Part shown: positions 30,084-40,046 of the stretch, in pieces
Position numbering within the stretch: position 1 is the first letter of the stretch
Layout of the letters: each line of letters begins with the position of its first letter
Assembly: GCA_963771175.1 (NCBI GenBank)
Contig: CAVYSY010000026.1
Location: 416,001-480,000 of the forward strand
Source of the DNA: an uncultured delta proteobacterium
Lineage (GTDB): Bacteria > Myxococcota > Myxococcia > Myxococcales > Myxococcaceae
Length of the DNA: 64,000 nt
Direction of reading: 5' to 3'
The notes under the pieces: generated by a model
What the model was told of the DNA's origin: nothing
Database searches by the model: none
The model's input: only the letters and a program-made list of their open reading frames with translations
Translations under genes and position numbers: made by a program

Positions 30084-32492
30084 ATGTCCCAGCTCCTCCA
30101 GGATGTCCGCTTCGCCCTGCGTCGGATGCGGCGCGAGCTCGCCTTCACGCTGGTGGTGGTGGCCACGCTCGCCCTGGCCATTGGCGCCACCACCGCCGTC
30201 TTCAGCGTCGTCTATCAGGTGCTGCTGCGACCACTGCCCTACCCCGAACCGGAGCAGCTCGTGCGGCTGTTCCAGTCCACGCCGCAGCGTGAGCGCATGG
30301 GCCTGACGTACCTGTCCCTGCAGGGCTGGCGTGAGCATTCGCGCGCCTTCCAGGCCATGGAGGGATTGAGCCTCTGGGACCTCACCCTGACCGGAGAGGA
30401 AGGACCGGCGGACCGGGTGCGTGCGGGACGCGTGACGGCGGGACTGCTGCCCCTGTTGGGGGTGACACCGGAGCTCGGTCAGCCCTTCGGCGCGGAGACG
30501 GAGGTTCCTGGACGAGACCTCGTGGTGCTCCTCTCCCATGCGCTGTGGCAGGGCCGCTTCGGCGGAAGCCGGGACGTCGTGGGCCGGACGCTCACCCTCA
30601 ACGGACAGCCCCACACGGTGGTGGGGGTGCTGCCGGCCTCCTTCCACTTCGCTCCGGACGTGGACGTGTGGAAGCCGCTGGCCCCGAACCCGGCCGTGGG
30701 GGAGGACCCGCGGGGCATCTACCTGCGAGCAGTGGGACGGCTGCGGCCCGGCGTTTCCTTGGAGCAGGCACGGGCGGAGTTGGAGGGAGTGGCCGCATCA
30801 CTGGCACGCGAGGAGGCGTACGCCGGAGAGGCCCCGGGAGTGCGCGTGGTGCCGCTGCAGGCCCAGGTGGTGGAGGGCGCGCGGGAGCAGCTCTGGTTGC
30901 TGGCGGGGATCATGGCCCTGGTGCTGCTCGTGGCCTGCGCCAACGTGGCCAACCTGCTGCTGGCCCGCGCCAACGCGCGCGAGCGGGAAGTGTCGGTGCG
31001 CGCGGCCCTGGGCGCGGGCCGCGCGCGGTTGATGCAGCAGTTCCTCGTGGAGAGCGTGATGCTCGCGCTCACGGGCGGGGCGGCGGGCCTGTTGCTCGCG
31101 CTGTGGGGCATGGACCTGATGCGGGCGCTGCTACCGCGGGAGGTGCTGACACCGGAGGCGGTACGGCTGGATGCGCACGTGCTGGCCATCGCCACGGGCC
31201 TGTCCCTGCTCACCAGTCTCCTGTTCGGGCTGGTGCCGGCGCTGCGGGCGGCGCGGGCCGATGGGCGCGGGGTGCTCGGAGGCGCGAGGGGAGGCCGGGG
31301 CTCCACCGGTCGCGGTGGCGCGCTGGCCGTGCTGGTGGTGGCGCAGGTGGCACTGGCGCTCGTGCCGCTGGTGGGAGCGGGGCTGATGCTGCGCACCCTC
31401 CACGCGCTGCAGGCGGTTCCGCTGGGCTTCGAGCCTCGGGACGTGCATGCCGCGGATGTGTTCCTGCCCAAGAACAAGTACCCGGAAGAAGCCCGCCAGC
31501 GCCTCCTCTTCTCGGAGCTGCTGGAGCGGGTACGGGCGATGCCCGGGGTACAATCCGCGAGCGTGGCCAGCACGGTGCCGCTGTGGGGACGCACCGGCGT
31601 CGCGCCAGTGCTCCTGCCGGGCGAGCCCACCTCGGCGGAGGAGACCCGCGAGTACACCCAGTTCCGCGCCGTGAGTGACGACTACTTCGTCACGATGGGC
31701 ATTCCGTTGAAGGCGGGGCGCGTGCTCGAAACCTCGGACGGTCCGAGCACCCCCCCGGTCATGGTCGTCAACGAGACCTTCGCGCGGCGCTACTTCCCCG
31801 GGGCGAGCGCGCTGGGGCAGCGGGGGAAGCTGTCCGTCGACGGAGAGTCCTTCCGCGAAGTGGTGGGCGTGGTGGGCGACACCCATCATGACAGCCTCGG
31901 CGAGGCGCCGCCCGCCGAGGTGTACCTGCCCATGGGACAGTTTCCCGTGCTGTACATGGTGCTCGCCGTGCGCTCCACGCAGGACACGGCGATGCTGGCG
32001 CCCGCGCTGCGCGAGCAACTGCGCGCGGTCGAGCCAGACATGCCACTCGCCCGGGTGCGCTCCATGGAGGAGGTGGTGGACACGAGCCTCGGGCGTACAC
32101 GGGTGCTGGGTGCGCTGTTGGCGGCCATGGCCGTGCTGGGGCTCGCGCTGGCAGGGCTGGGGCTGTACGGCGTGCTCGCGTATTCGGTGAGCCAGCGCAC
32201 GCGTGAACTGGGCATCCGCATCGCACTGGGCGCGACGGACAAACAAGTGCTGTGGTTGGTGGTGAGACGGGGCGTGCTGCTCGCCGCGGCGGGGGTTGCC
32301 CTGGGCCTGGTGGGAGCGCTCGCGCTCGCACGTGGCCTGTCCAGCATGCTCTACGGCGTGGACACACTCGATGCGGTCACCTTCACGGCGGTGCCCGCGT
32401 TACTCGGGGCCGTGGCGCTGCTGGCGAGCTGGCTGCCGGCCCGGCGCGCGCTGCGTGTCCCTCCCCACGAAGCACTCCGCGCGGACGGCTGA
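30084..32492 (+). CDS. ABC permease, duplicated MacB/FtsX type (ADOP-like)
   Basis: QDVRFALR, LALAIGATTAVFS, ACANVANLLLAR, SQRTRELGIRIALGA, WLPARRA. Confidence 0.93.
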   Translation: MSQLLQDVRFALRRMRRELAFTLVVVATLALAIGATTAVFSVVYQVLLRPLPYPEPEQLVRLFQSTPQRERMGLTYLSLQGWREHSRAFQAMEGLSLWDLTLTGEEGPADRVRAGRVTAGLLPLLGVTPELGQPFGAETEVPGRDLVVLLSHALWQGRFGGSRDVVGRTLTLNGQPHTVVGVLPASFHFAPDVDVWKPLAPNPAVGEDPRGIYLRAVGRLRPGVSLEQARAELEGVAASLAREEAYAGEAPGVRVVPLQAQVVEGAREQLWLLAGIMALVLLVACANVANLLLARANAREREVSVRAALGAGRARLMQQFLVESVMLALTGGAAGLLLALWGMDLMRALLPREVLTPEAVRLDAHVLAIATGLSLLTSLLFGLVPALRAARADGRGVLGGARGGRGSTGRGGALAVLVVAQVALALVPLVGAGLMLRTLHALQAVPLGFEPRDVHAADVFLPKNKYPEEARQRLLFSELLERVRAMPGVQSASVASTVPLWGRTGVAPVLLPGEPTSAEETREYTQFRAVSDDYFVTMGIPLKAGRVLETSDGPSTPPVMVVNETFARRYFPGASALGQRGKLSVDGESFREVVGVVGDTHHDSLGEAPPAEVYLPMGQFPVLYMVLAVRSTQDTAMLAPALREQLRAVEPDMPLARVRSMEEVVDTSLGRTRVLGALLAAMAVLGLALAGLGLYGVLAYSVSQRTRELGIRIALGATDKQVLWLVVRRGVLLAAAGVALGLVGALALARGLSSMLYGVDTLDAVTFTAVPALLGAVALLASWLPARRALRVPPHEALRADG

Positions 32493-32560
32493 GCAATCCT
32501 CCCCGAGCCATCCGAAGCAGGTCCGTTCATGAGGGGGGACCACCGGACGCGCGCTCGCGC

Positions 32561-32682
32561 AACCGGTCCGACTGTCGGACCAGTTCGTGAAAACCGCGGC
32601 CGGGAGGCTGGCGGAGCTCGGTGGTCAGAGGACCCTCCGGGCTCGGTTTTGAAAAACCTGTCCGACTGTCGGACAGGTTTTT
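32561..32682. repeat. Two copies of a palindromic REP-like element (core GTCCGACTGTCGGAC)
   Basis: AACCGGTCCGACTGTCGGACCAGTT at 32561 and AAAAACCTGTCCGAC-T-GTCGGACAGGTTTTT at 32652-32682. Confidence 0.85.
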
Positions 32683-32709
32683 GAAGAGCGCGACCGGAAG
32701 GTGGCCGCC

Positions 32710-34161
32710 TCAGCGCCGCTCCACGCGGCGCCAGGAACCCGCTCGCCCAGCTTCCTCGAAGCCCGCGAAGGACTCGGGCAGCGGCCCCTCCCCGTACACC
32801 AGCAATGCATTGAAAGGAGCGAGCTGCTCGGCGGAGCTGCCGTCCATCCACTGTGGCAGCTGTGGCGGCGCGTGGCCTGAGCGGAAGCGGACCGGCAGGT
32901 GGTCCCCGTTGGCGAAGAAGTGGTGCCCCACCCCGCCCTGAGTGGCCGTCCACCACTGGCCGAGGTGCTCCAGGTAGACGAGGCGGCTGCCCTGGGAACG
33001 GTTCCCGACGAGCGAGACGTAGCCGTGCGGACCTGGAGGAGGAGGCTGGGCCACCAGCGTCTCCAGCCCCTCCACCTCGTGCTTGAAGCGCCAGTGGAAG
33101 CGCGCCGTCTCGGCGAGCGAGGCCACCACGAGCAGCAGCATCAACGCCTTCACCGGCCGGGCAATGCGCGCTGGGTCCACCAGCAGCAGGGCGATGACGC
33201 CCCCGAGGACCGGCAGGCGCACGTGGATGAGCCACGCCCCCGAGAGCGCCTTGGGGGTCATCAAGAAAAGCATGCCGAGCGCCAGGAAGAGCACCCAAGG
33301 CGCCCGAGGCTCCTCGCGCCGGTGGCGCAGGTACGCCACCACGAACACCGCGGTAATCACCAGCGGGCATGCCACGGCGAGCACCCCCTCGACGCGGTAG
33401 TTACGCAGGAGCCAGTTGAAGTGCGAGCCCCACCCGTAGTCCGGAATCGTGTGGTCGCCGGTCGAGAAGGCCCTCGACAGGAGCGTCACCACCCGAGCCG
33501 CGCAGAGGAGTAACGGAGGCGCGAGACCCACGGCGGCGAGCCCCACCGCCCGCTTCCGGGACTCCGAGGTGAGCGCGAGCGCCGCCACGCCGACACAGAG
33601 GGCCCCGAAGGAAACGAGGTGCGAGAGCATCGTCGCGGTGGACAGGAGCGCGAGTCCCACCATGGCCCCCACGACGCACCCGGGGCTCCGCAGCGCGCGC
33701 AGGTACAGGGCCAGCGCGAGCAGGGCGAGCGGCAGGGCGAAGAAGCTCGGAAGGAAGCCGTACCAGTAGGAGATGTTGAAGGCGAGCGGGAGCCCGAGCA
33801 CCACCGTCCACGCGGGCCGTCCCAGGGTGCGCGCGAGTGACAGGTGCGCCAGGGGGAACAGCATCAGCACGGTCCACGCCGCGAGCCGCGCCGCGAAGGC
33901 ACCGTTCGTCAGCAGCGTCACCGGCAGGAAGAGCCAGATGGGAAGCCCGTAACCGAGCGGGAGGTGCGCCTCGTACCAGGTCCCCACCTGCGGGTTGCCC
34001 CGAACGAGCTCGGCGAACGTCTGCATCTGCGCCGCGTGGGCGGGCAGATCCACCGAGGGCGGGATGCCGCTCACGCACCAGGCGGCGAAGGCCCCCCAGG
34101 CCACCAGCAGTGCGCCGAGTCTCCAGCGAGCGAGCGAAGAGGCGGGTTCGGCGACGTTCAC
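32710..34161 (-). CDS. Polytopic membrane protein, possibly GT-C-fold glycosyltransferase-like
   Basis: Many TM segments; VDLPAH after the first TM; YWYGFLPS; soluble C-terminus. Confidence 0.65.
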   Translation of the reverse strand: MNVAEPASSLARWRLGALLVAWGAFAAWCVSGIPPSVDLPAHAAQMQTFAELVRGNPQVGTWYEAHLPLGYGLPIWLFLPVTLLTNGAFAARLAAWTVLMLFPLAHLSLARTLGRPAWTVVLGLPLAFNISYWYGFLPSFFALPLALLALALYLRALRSPGCVVGAMVGLALLSTATMLSHLVSFGALCVGVAALALTSESRKRAVGLAAVGLAPPLLLCAARVVTLLSRAFSTGDHTIPDYGWGSHFNWLLRNYRVEGVLAVACPLVITAVFVVAYLRHRREEPRAPWVLFLALGMLFLMTPKALSGAWLIHVRLPVLGGVIALLLVDPARIARPVKALMLLLVVASLAETARFHWRFKHEVEGLETLVAQPPPPGPHGYVSLVGNRSQGSRLVYLEHLGQWWTATQGGVGHHFFANGDHLPVRFRSGHAPPQLPQWMDGSSAEQLAPFNALLVYGEGPLPESFAGFEEAGRAGSWRRVERR

Positions 34162-35609
34162 TTCGGGTCCTCGGGCTCCTGCTCACGTTCCTTCTTCGTG
34201 GGCGGCTGCGGCGCATTGCTCCGCCGGGGCACGGCCACCGCGTCACCCAGCGGGGTCGGCTGGCACTCGCAGATGGTGCGCCGGGTGCTCGGCTGGTGCA
34301 CGAAGATGCACGCGTTGGGGCACTCCTGGAGCTGGCCCTCCTCGAACAGGGCCAGCGAGTATCCGCGCACCGTCTTCAGGGCCTCGTTGCACTCAGGCAT
34401 TGCCTGCACCAGCCGGGGCCACGGCACGAGGTGCTGCGTCGTCACGCCCCGGCTCGTGGGCGCGAACGAGAACCCCACCTGGCAGTCCAACGTCAGCGGC
34501 TTGCCGTCCTCGCCCAGGAGCTCCAGGTGCAGCCGCCCGCCCTCGGGCAGGTCGCGGAATACCGACCCGGTAACGGCCATGCGACCCTCCGCCCCTCGCC
34601 GGACGTGCAGCCCGAAGCAGGACTCCTCACGGAGCTCCTCCGGGTTCTGAGCGCCCGGCCGGGCACAGCGCTGGCGGCCCTCGACGCTCTGCACGCGAGG
34701 CCGGCGCAACACCAGCGTGTCCCCCTGCACGTCCACCGTGGTGCGGAAGCGGCCCCAGACGTCCGGTCCGAGCCGGCCCAGCGTGGTCGGGTTCCGCCAC
34801 CCCACCCCGGCCTCCAGCACCAGCGGCTGAACGCCCACGCCCGAGGCCATCTCCACCGCGTCCACCAGATAGGCCCTCGGGGGCAGGTTGGCGGCCGTCT
34901 CCAGCGGTTGGAATCCCTGCGCCTCCGCGGCCCCCAGCGCCAGCCGGGAGAAGGGCTCGCGCGTGCCCAGCACGAAGGGCCCGGTGAGGGCCGCCTCTCC
35001 CTGCGTCACCCGCGCCGCCAGCAGCGGCCAGTCGCCCACCGGCTCCCGGGAGAGTTCGAGCCGGAGCACCTCCTCGGCCGGATCCGCGCCGGGAGCGGCC
35101 GCCTCGGCCAGGTACTCGGCGCGGGGGCGGGACTTCTCGAAGGACACCTCGCGGCGCAGCGGGTCCACCGTGAAGGCATAGGGGGCGAGCACGTCCGCCC
35201 CCAGCGTCACCGAGCAGACACGCTCGTCGGTGAGCCCCACGCCCCGAGGCCCCAGCGGGGTATTCCCCACGCGCAGGCCCGACACGCGCACCAGGGGCCA
35301 GTCCCGCACGCCCCCGGGCCCAGCGTAGACGTCCGGCACGCGCGCGGTGCCCACGGTGGGGGGTGGAGGGTTCTTCTCATCCCAGCAGCCCGCGGACACG
35401 GCGGAGAGCGCGCGGGCGACATCCAGCACCACCGGCACCGGACGCCCGCGCAGGTGGCCCTCCACCACGAGCCGCAGGTTGGGCGAGGGCAGCAGCGGAA
35501 GCGTCTGGCCCGCGAGGCTGCCCGGGACTTCGGCGGGCGTGGCGGGGCCGGCTCCCCGGAGGCACCCGGAGAGCACCAGCAACAGGGCCCCGAGACGCGC
35601 GCTCCGCAC
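34158..35609 (-). CDS. Lipoprotein with two degenerate retropepsin-like domains
   Basis: Lipobox LSGC; PVVLDVA...LGADVLAPYAFTVDP; FVLGTRE...GRLGPDVW. Confidence 0.65.
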   Translation of the reverse strand: MRSARLGALLLVLSGCLRGAGPATPAEVPGSLAGQTLPLLPSPNLRLVVEGHLRGRPVPVVLDVARALSAVSAGCWDEKNPPPPTVGTARVPDVYAGPGGVRDWPLVRVSGLRVGNTPLGPRGVGLTDERVCSVTLGADVLAPYAFTVDPLRREVSFEKSRPRAEYLAEAAAPGADPAEEVLRLELSREPVGDWPLLAARVTQGEAALTGPFVLGTREPFSRLALGAAEAQGFQPLETAANLPPRAYLVDAVEMASGVGVQPLVLEAGVGWRNPTTLGRLGPDVWGRFRTTVDVQGDTLVLRRPRVQSVEGRQRCARPGAQNPEELREESCFGLHVRRGAEGRMAVTGSVFRDLPEGGRLHLELLGEDGKPLTLDCQVGFSFAPTSRGVTTQHLVPWPRLVQAMPECNEALKTVRGYSLALFEEGQLQECPNACIFVHQPSTRRTICECQPTPLGDAVAVPRRSNAPQPPTKKEREQEPEDPK

Positions 35610-35612
35610 GGG

Positions 35613-36410
35613 CTACTTCCGCGTGGCCTTCGTGAAGTCGTCGATGCGCGTGCCCTCGGGCGGGTTGAGCTTGAAGCTGTCCGCCGCGACGCCCACGTTC
35701 GTCTTCAGGCCGAGGAAGGAGATGGTGTTCTCGCTGCCGTCCGGGTCCACCACCGTGCTCTTGAGCACCTGGGCCGTCTTCGGGTCCACCTCCAGGCGAA
35801 CCTGGCGGAAGCGCGGATCGGCCTTGAGCGGGTCCAGCACCAGCAGCGTGCCCTTGCAGTCCTTGCACTCGCCCTTGGAGATGGAGAACTCGTCCGCCAG
35901 CTTGCCCTGGCCGAAGAGGAACGTCACCGAGGCCGAGAGCTGGGTGGTGTCGATGCGGCCCACGCTCAGCGTCTGGGCCTCCGGGTCGAACGCGTACACC
36001 TTCTCGCCGGCGAGCACGAAGGTGCGCTTGGAGGGCTTCTCGTACTCCCAGCGCATCAGGCCCGGCTTCTTGTAGGTGACCTTGCCGGTGGACGTCTGCG
36101 TGCGCCGCAGGGCCTTGTACTTGTAGTCCTGCTTGAAGTCGGACGTGAAGTCCTGCGTCTTCTCGTAGAAGGCCTGCATCCGGTCCACGAGGTCCTTCAC
36201 CTCGGGAGCCGTCTTCTTTTCGACGGCCTTGGGGGCCTCCGCGGCCTTCGGAGCCTCCGCCTTGGGAGCGCCCTGGGCGGGAGCGGTCTGCGCCGGAGCG
36301 GGAGCCTGCTGAGCAGGCGCCTGGGCGACCACCTGGTGGGCGACGGTGGAGGGCACCGGGGCAATCACCGGCGCGGCCAGGAGGGTAAAGAGCAGCTTCT
36401 CGAGGGACAT
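35613..36410 (-). CDS. lolA: Outer-membrane lipoprotein carrier LolA
   Basis: DFKQ...STGKVTYKKPGLMRWEYEKP...FKLNPPEG. Confidence 0.9.
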   Translation of the reverse strand: MSLEKLLFTLLAAPVIAPVPSTVAHQVVAQAPAQQAPAPAQTAPAQGAPKAEAPKAAEAPKAVEKKTAPEVKDLVDRMQAFYEKTQDFTSDFKQDYKYKALRRTQTSTGKVTYKKPGLMRWEYEKPSKRTFVLAGEKVYAFDPEAQTLSVGRIDTTQLSASVTFLFGQGKLADEFSISKGECKDCKGTLLVLDPLKADPRFRQVRLEVDPKTAQVLKSTVVDPDGSENTISFLGLKTNVGVAADSFKLNPPEGTRIDDFTKATRK

Positions 36411-36486
36411 GGCTTGAGCTCTCTCCAGGCGGGCGAGACGCCCGCGGTTCCAACTGAACCTACAGACGGGGCCGGGGCCCCGGCAT

Positions 36487-37179
36487 TCAAGGCCTGGGTG
36501 GACGAGGGGGCTTCTTGAAGATGCGCCGCCGCTGCTTGACGGCGAGCACGTAGAAGCGGTCGCGCAGTTCCTGGGCCTCCGCCTCGGTGAGATCTCCCAC
36601 GCGCCCGAGGTGCTCCTCGCGCCAGGCGATGGCCCGGGTGATGCTGGCCGACGCGGCGGCGGAGATGTTGAGGCTCTGACTGAAGCCTCGCATGGGAATC
36701 CAGAAGGTGCCGTCCGACTGGGCCAGCACCTCGTCGCTCACGCCCTTGCGCTCGTTGCCGAAGATGAGGGCGATCTTCGTGTCGAAGCGCAGGGAGTAGA
36801 GACTGGTGGCGTCCTCGCGGATGGCCGAGGCGTACAGGGCGAAGCCGCGCGACTTGAGGTGCGCGCGGCACGAGGCGAAGTCCTTGTAGAGCTTCACGTC
36901 GAGCCACTTGTCGCAGCCCTGCGCCACCCGCGAGTTGGGCATGAAGGGCGCCTCGGGGTTGACGATGACGTGCACCTCCTGGAGGCCATTGGCCTCACAG
37001 GTGCGCAGCACGGCGGCCATGTTGAAGCTGTCCTCCAGCCGGTCCAGCACCACCGTGAAGGTCCGCGTGCGCTGGGAGATGACCTTGTCGATCTTCTCCC
37101 TGCGCACGTCGAGCAGGAGGGACTCCGGATCCACCGGAGCCTTCTCGAGCCTCTCGTAATGAGGACCGCCGCCCGTCAT
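36487..37179 (-). CDS. trmH: TrmH/SpoU family RNA 2'-O-methyltransferase
   Basis: NMAAVLRTCEA, FGNERKGVS, IPMRGFSQSLNISAA. Confidence 0.88.
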   Translation of the reverse strand: MTGGGPHYERLEKAPVDPESLLLDVRREKIDKVISQRTRTFTVVLDRLEDSFNMAAVLRTCEANGLQEVHVIVNPEAPFMPNSRVAQGCDKWLDVKLYKDFASCRAHLKSRGFALYASAIREDATSLYSLRFDTKIALIFGNERKGVSDEVLAQSDGTFWIPMRGFSQSLNISAAASASITRAIAWREEHLGRVGDLTEAEAQELRDRFYVLAVKQRRRIFKKPPRPPRP

Positions 37180-37181
37180 CG

Positions 37182-38534
37182 CTACCTCCGAGCCCGTTTC
37201 GGCGCGGCCTTCTTCACCGCCGCCTTGCGGGCTGGCGCCTTGACCGCCTTCTTCGCGGGAGCCTTCCTCGCCGCGCTCTTGCGAGCCGGCGCTTTCTTCG
37301 CGGCGGCCCTCTTGGCGGTCACCTTCTTCGCGGGGGCCTTCTTCACGGCCACCTTCTTCGCCGCGGCCTTCTTCGCGGGAGTCTTCTTCGCCGCGGCCTT
37401 CTTCACGGCCACCTTCTTCGCCGCGGCCTTCTTCACGGGAGCCTTCTTCACGGCGGCCCTGGCCGGCTGTGCGGGGGCCTTCTTCTCCGCCCGGGGCTTC
37501 CGCGGCAGCTCCACGTGCAGCTTGTCCGTCCGGCCGGTGAAGAGCACCTCGGCCACCGTGTCCAGCAGCGGCTGCATGCCGGCGCCCGTGGCGCACGAGA
37601 CGGGGAAGACGGCGATGCCGCGCTTGCTCATCTCCTTCGTCAGCGCCTCGAGCTTCGCCTGCGCCTCGGGCAGGTCCAGCTTGTTGGCGGCCACCACCTG
37701 AGGCTTGTGCGACAGCTCCTGGCTGTACTTGCGCAGTTCCTCGTTGAGGATGTCGAAGTCGCGGATCGGATCCCGCCCCTCGCCCTCGGCGCCCATGTCC
37801 AGCAGGTGGATGAGCACCTTGCAGCGCTCCACGTGCCGCAGGAACTGGTGGCCCAGCCCCACGCCGTCGCTGGCGCCCTCGATGATGCCGGGGATGTCCG
37901 CCATCACGAAGGACAGGCCGTCCTTGTACTGGACCATGCCCAGGTTGGGCACGAGCGTGGTGAAGGGGTAGTTGGCGATCTTCGGCCGAGCCCGGCTCAC
38001 GATGGAGATGAGCGTGCTCTTGCCCGCGTTGGGGAAGCCGAGCAGCCCCACGTCCGCGAGCAGCTTCAGCTCCAGCCGCAGCGTGCGCACCTCGCCTGGC
38101 GTCCCGTCCTGGGCGAAGCGCGGCGTCTGCCGGGTGGAGGTGGCGAAGTTCATGTTGCCCAGACCACCCCGCCCGCCCTTGCACGCCACTACGCGCTGGC
38201 CCACGTCACTCAGGTCCGCCAGCAGCTCGTCGGTGTCGTGGTCGTAGATGAGCGTCCCCACCGGCACCTTGAGGACGAGGTCATCGGACGAGCGACCGTT
38301 GCAGTCGTTGCCCATGCCGCCCTCGCCGTTCCGGGCGTGGTGGTGCTGCTGGTAGCGGTAGTCCAGCAGGGTGGTGAGCTGGGGATCGGCCACGAAGATG
38401 ACCGAGCCGCCATTGCCCCCGTCTCCACCGTTGGGGCCTCCGCGGTCGATGTACTTCTCCCGCCGGAAGGAGACGGAACCGTTGCCCCCGTCCCCGGCCT
38501 TCACGTGGATTCGGACTTCATCGACGAATTTCAT
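37182..38534 (-). CDS. obgE: GTPase ObgE with Lys/Ala-rich C-terminal tail
   Basis: MKFVDEV, FRREKY, GFPNAGKST, YPFTT, DIPG, NKLD. Confidence 0.97.
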   Translation of the reverse strand: MKFVDEVRIHVKAGDGGNGSVSFRREKYIDRGGPNGGDGGNGGSVIFVADPQLTTLLDYRYQQHHHARNGEGGMGNDCNGRSSDDLVLKVPVGTLIYDHDTDELLADLSDVGQRVVACKGGRGGLGNMNFATSTRQTPRFAQDGTPGEVRTLRLELKLLADVGLLGFPNAGKSTLISIVSRARPKIANYPFTTLVPNLGMVQYKDGLSFVMADIPGIIEGASDGVGLGHQFLRHVERCKVLIHLLDMGAEGEGRDPIRDFDILNEELRKYSQELSHKPQVVAANKLDLPEAQAKLEALTKEMSKRGIAVFPVSCATGAGMQPLLDTVAEVLFTGRTDKLHVELPRKPRAEKKAPAQPARAAVKKAPVKKAAAKKVAVKKAAAKKTPAKKAAAKKVAVKKAPAKKVTAKRAAAKKAPARKSAARKAPAKKAVKAPARKAAVKKAAPKRARR

Positions 38535-38657
38535 ACGACCCTCTAAATGCGGAACGGGCCGCCTCCGCGTCCAGCGCCGGGAGGCGATTGGACCGGGAGC
38601 GACCCGCTCACAAGGCAAACAGGAGCCCGTGACACAGGCTCCCTACTTCGAGGCCGA

Positions 38658-38924
38658 CTAGGCGCTCGTCTGAGCCGGATAGACCGACACCTTCTTGCGG
38701 TCCCGTCCCTGGCGCTCGTACTTCACCACCCCGTCCACCGTGGCGAAGAGCGTGTAGTCACGCCCCAGCTTCACGTTGGAACCCGGGTGGATGACCGTGC
38801 CGAGCTGCCGCACGAGGATGCTCCCCGCGCTGACGGTCTCGCCCGCGAACACCTTCACGCCGCGGTACTGCGGATTGGAATCGCGACCGTTGCGCGAAGA
38901 ACCCTGTCCCTTTTTATGAGCCAT
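38658..38924 (-). CDS. rpmA: 50S ribosomal protein L27
   Basis: [16 protein letters not shown]. Confidence 0.98.
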   Translation of the reverse strand: MAHKKGQGSSRNGRDSNPQYRGVKVFAGETVSAGSILVRQLGTVIHPGSNVKLGRDYTLFATVDGVVKYERQGRDRKKVSVYPAQTSA

Positions 38925-38983
38925 GACACCGATTCCTGATGCTGCCGGCGCGCGCGCGGCGCTCCGGGAAGTGGTAACCCGGA

Positions 38984-39292
38984 CTAGCCGGAGATGGAGG
39001 TCACCTTGACCTCGGTGTAGGGCTGACGGTGGCCACGGCGGCGCGTCCAGCCCTCCTTCTCCTTGCGGAAGTGCAGCACCTTGCGGTGCTTGTCCTGGGC
39101 CAGGATCTTGCCCATGACCTTGGCGCCCGACACGGTCGGCTGCCCCACCTTCGGGCTGTCGGAACCACCGAGCATCAGGACGTCGTTGAAGGTCACCTCG
39201 GCGCCAACGTCCCCCGAGACCTTCTCGATCCGGAGCACGTCGCCCTCGGCCACGCGGTACTGCTTGCCGCCCGTGCGAATGACTGCGTACAT
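38984..39292 (-). CDS. rplU: 50S ribosomal protein L21
   Basis: [14 protein letters not shown]...GHRQPYT. Confidence 0.98.
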   Translation of the reverse strand: MYAVIRTGGKQYRVAEGDVLRIEKVSGDVGAEVTFNDVLMLGGSDSPKVGQPTVSGAKVMGKILAQDKHRKVLHFRKEKEGWTRRRGHRQPYTEVKVTSISG

Positions 39293-39587
39293 CGTAGAAC
39301 CCCTGGTTATCCGGGTTGTTTCAACCCTGAAAGGCCCGCGTGCATTTCGGACGGGTAAACCCGTCCTACGATGCAAAGGGGGCCCGATCTACGGGAGAAG
39401 CCCTGGGGAGTCAAGACAGATACCAGGGAAGCGGCGCACATCCTGCACTCCACCCCTGCCCCTCCCCTCCCGCCTGCCCGCCTGTGGACAGGGGCGGCGT
39501 CTCCCGCGCCCCGCCGCTTGCCCAGCAGATAGGATGAACGACTCTCCTCTCTGGACCCTCCTCTTTGCAACAAGGAAGGACGCCCGG

Positions 39588-39929
39588 ATGCGAAAGTCTG
39601 GATGGATGCTCGCCTGGATGGCGGCGGTGGCGGTCCTCGCCGGGTGCCGGAGCACGGCCTGCCAGGATCTGGCGGAGGTGTACGCCGACGTGGATCAGAA
39701 GTCCCGGCCCTGCCTGGAGCGCGCTCCCCTGCCCGCCTTCGACCCCACCCGGTGCGAGCAGAACCTCCAGCGGTGCGAGGGCGATGACCTGGATCAGCTC
39801 GACAGCCAGGTGGAGTGCTACCAACAGCTCGACGCCTGCCAGCCCGAGGAGAAGGCCTCCTTCCTGGACGCCATTTCCACCTGCGACAGCCACTTCATCA
39901 GTAATACCTGCGAAGCGGCCATCTTCTAG
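39588..39929 (+). CDS. Cys-rich small lipoprotein (paralogue 1)
   Basis: Lipobox LAGC followed by 8 further Cys. Confidence 0.8.
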   Translation: MRKSGWMLAWMAAVAVLAGCRSTACQDLAEVYADVDQKSRPCLERAPLPAFDPTRCEQNLQRCEGDDLDQLDSQVECYQQLDACQPEEKASFLDAISTCDSHFISNTCEAAIF

Positions 39930-40046
39930 GTTCAAGCGGCCGCGCCCCCTGGCCCTGTGAATCCGTTCACTGCCCTTAATGGATGGACCGCGATTAGGAT
40001 GCGCGCCTCTTCACACCCAATCGTGAAGCCCAGAGGGGGCATACCT

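Noticed and set aside
32561..32682. Mini CRISPR array
   Set aside because: Only two non-identical palindromes with a ~65-nt gap, and no cas genes nearby.
33837..36518. Long ORFs antisense to real genes (e.g. 893 aa here, 939 aa at 58001-60820, 772 aa at 8483-10801)
   Set aside because: Shadow ORFs typical of high-GC DNA; Arg/Gly/Ala-rich and motif-free.
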